Below, piece after piece: positions 62,000 to 64,000 of a stretch of DNA of 64,000 nt. This DNA is from Raillietiella orientalis (taxonomy: Eukaryota), in NCBI GenBank assembly GCA_036172245.1, contig JAYWIR010000009.1, positions 1,488,001 to 1,552,000 of the forward strand. The letters are read 5' to 3'. The translations under genes were made by a program, and so were the position numbers. Within the stretch, counting starts at the first letter, position 1, and the number at the start of each line of letters is the position of its first letter. Below the pieces are notes generated by a model. That model worked only from the letters and a program-made list of their open reading frames with translations. It was not told the DNA's origin and did not search any database.

Positions 62000-63520
62000 G
62001 ACTCCCATCCGCGGGTTGCCATGGTGGTCTTCCCCCCGTTCCCCTTTGGAGGCAATCTGTTTTTCCGGCAACTGGAGGTTCCGGAAGGTGCATTATTTGA
62101 TCACGGCGGGGCTATCATTACTCCATTCAGACGGTCTAATGACAGCTCGACACACATCCAGCTCTCGTTACGAGCGAGACATCCTCGTGTCCAATGAGGC
62201 TGGACAGGACCGTGCCCCGCTTATTAGAGCGGTCGCCCCGTCTCCACGCATGGGAAACGGATGGTCTCTTCCTTGATTTACGAGCCCTGAGATGCGATGC
62301 CAAAATTGCCACCTCGCTGGAGCGCACACCTCCCATCAGGGAACGACTGCCCAATGGGTTCACGCAATGGCTCAATTACGCCAGCTCGACTGACCGCTTC
62401 TGCCTCGGATGGGAGTGAAGAGGAGGGATCAGGAGAGGAGGAGGAAGAAGAGGGGGAGGAGGAAAGCAGCTTTCTGCAAAGCTGATCCCGAATTGACGGA
62501 AACGGCATCGCGGAAGTTTCCATAGTTACGCTTCCTCGCCGCAGCGAAGCAGCAGGAGTTGGTGCGTCAACAGAGGAGGGCTGTTGTTTTTTTCTTTTTT
62601 GTCCGGAGGGCTCTTGCGCTGAAGGATGCTGCCCCCCCATCCGAGGCAGGCCAGGGATCCTCGGAATGGTGACGCGGAAGAAAGAAGGGGGGTCCGGGTG
62701 TCGTTTCCCCTCCTCCCCCTGGGCACAGAGCAGGACTTCATCGTGCACTGGCGGCACTAATCCGCAGCGGTTGGCCGGAAGCAGAACGCGCCACCAGACC
62801 AAGAGCGAGTGCCATCCCTCTTTCCCACCCGAGGCCGAAAACGAAACCCCGGTTCCCAGCATACTCAGCTCAGCTCGCGCGCTGTTCCGCGAGGAAGAAT
62901 CTGAGAGAAGAAATAAATGGGTGGATGGAGAGCCTCGGTGAACTCTCTTCGTCTAAGCCCCGCGCTGGCGGCCGCCACCGACCTCCGTCACAGCCGGACG
63001 ACAGCGGTGATTCCCATTAGGTTCCCCTCGACCACCCAGCGTCGATCCCTCGACCAAGTCTCTCCAGCGTGGTTCCTTCCTCTTCATCCGCGCTCCGCCG
63101 TGCATCGCGACGACTGAAGCCTGCGATACGGACGACGGGAGTTAGAGGAATTCCAGTGTATCCCAAAGGCTCGGGACCCACCCGGCAGGATCGGAGGCGG
63201 AGGGGGCGGGAGACCAGGGCAACCTTCCCTGGCAGAACCCCTCTGAAAGAGGTGGGAAGGAGACGCGCCCGTACAGGGAGATTCAGGCCTGGAGCATCTG
63301 CGAAGATGTCGCCGCTCACGTGCTTTCCTTCGATAGCTGCCTCGCCGCCGCCAGCTCTCCCGTGTGCTGCTCGGGGAAGCGGCGGTCCTGGCATGAGGCA
63401 CGCACGTGGGGTCGCCTTCCGGAGCCTCCTCCTCCCGGGCCCTTACCCCTCACACTTTCCGGTGGTCGTCCGCGTCTCGAGCCAGGTCCTGGATCCGACA
63501 CAGCTCCTCCGTGACCGGTA
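62000..63520 (+). mobile_element. Two further weak DIRS1-type RT/RNase H remnants (~62000-62420 and ~63000-63520)
   Basis: SSTDRFCLGW (cf. TTDAS..GW) in ORF 62194..62418. LKEVG...GRFRP, FPSIAA and AFRSLLLPG in ORF 63069..63521. Confidence 0.35.
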
Positions 63521-64000
63521 AGGAGCACCTTCCAGGTCCGCGGGCTCCGATTCCCCGAGCTCCAGGGCGTCTGCGGCAGCATCCTCCCCGAGAACCGCAG
63601 GGCGAGCCCCCGCTTCCCCCTGCGTCTGCGGCGGCGGCTGTCTGGTTTCCTGACTCTTCGTCTTCGCTCGCACCTTCCCGCTTCCTTCCTGCCTCCCCGA
63701 GATTCCAGAAATACCTGAGCAATTAATCTGTTATTTGCAAACCCGATTTATTACCGAAATTTTCTTATCAGCATTCCAAACCAACGATGGGATGCTGAAT
63801 CTCCTGACTTGGCATCTTCACTGACAAGTTGCGCAAAGCTGACAAAGATTTACCGCCGATCATTTATCAGGAGCAGCTCCAGCGCAAGATTTGTATAGTT
63901 AGCTCCCGTGCGAATAATTACGTGCTCAAAGTGCTTCTCCTTTTCTGGTCCATGACAGTGAGCGAGGAACAAGTACTCTTCTTTTTCTTTTCTTTTTTTT

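Noticed and set aside
1..64000. rRNA, snRNA, 5S, 7SL, complete tRNA, histone genes, CRISPR array, prokaryotic operons, or a large DNA virus genome
   Set aside because: No recognisable conserved RNA-gene sequence, no regularly spaced repeat-spacer array, and no gene-dense long ORFs with normal amino-acid composition were seen by eye. Small snoRNAs or miRNAs cannot be excluded without a covariance search.
1..64000. Non-standard genetic code or non-canonical (GA-AG) introns to explain in-frame stops
   Set aside because: Stops of several types co-occur with frameshifts and destroyed catalytic motifs (no intact YLDD/YADD), which indicates pseudogenisation.

Overview
GC- and CpG-rich eukaryotic genomic DNA, most likely vertebrate (inferred from the transposon families and promoter-like motifs; amphibian or reptile is plausible but not proven). 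I found no intact protein-coding gene, rRNA, tRNA, snRNA or CRISPR array. The long six-frame ORFs have the composition of GC-rich shadow ORFs. Read across frameshifts and stops, most of the window is a mosaic of more than 20 heavily decayed DIRS1-type tyrosine-recombinase retrotransposon fragments (gag, RT, RNase H, methyltransferase-like and YR motifs) on both strands, plus one decayed Tx1/L1-clade non-LTR ORF2 (~55.4-58.4 kb). Overlaid on this are: a nearly identical 899-bp direct duplication (15625-16523 / 38940-39838); a ~560-bp inverted duplication (20402-20964 / 22926-23541); an older direct repeat; perfect local hairpins; and several CpG-island-like segments rich in YY1, CRE, E-box, ETS, CCAAT and RFX X-box-like motifs. 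The most unusual property is that very old TE relics have kept or gained CpG instead of losing it. All domain calls are by-eye matches to recalled DIRS1/Tx1 consensus motifs, not database hits, and relic boundaries are approximate.
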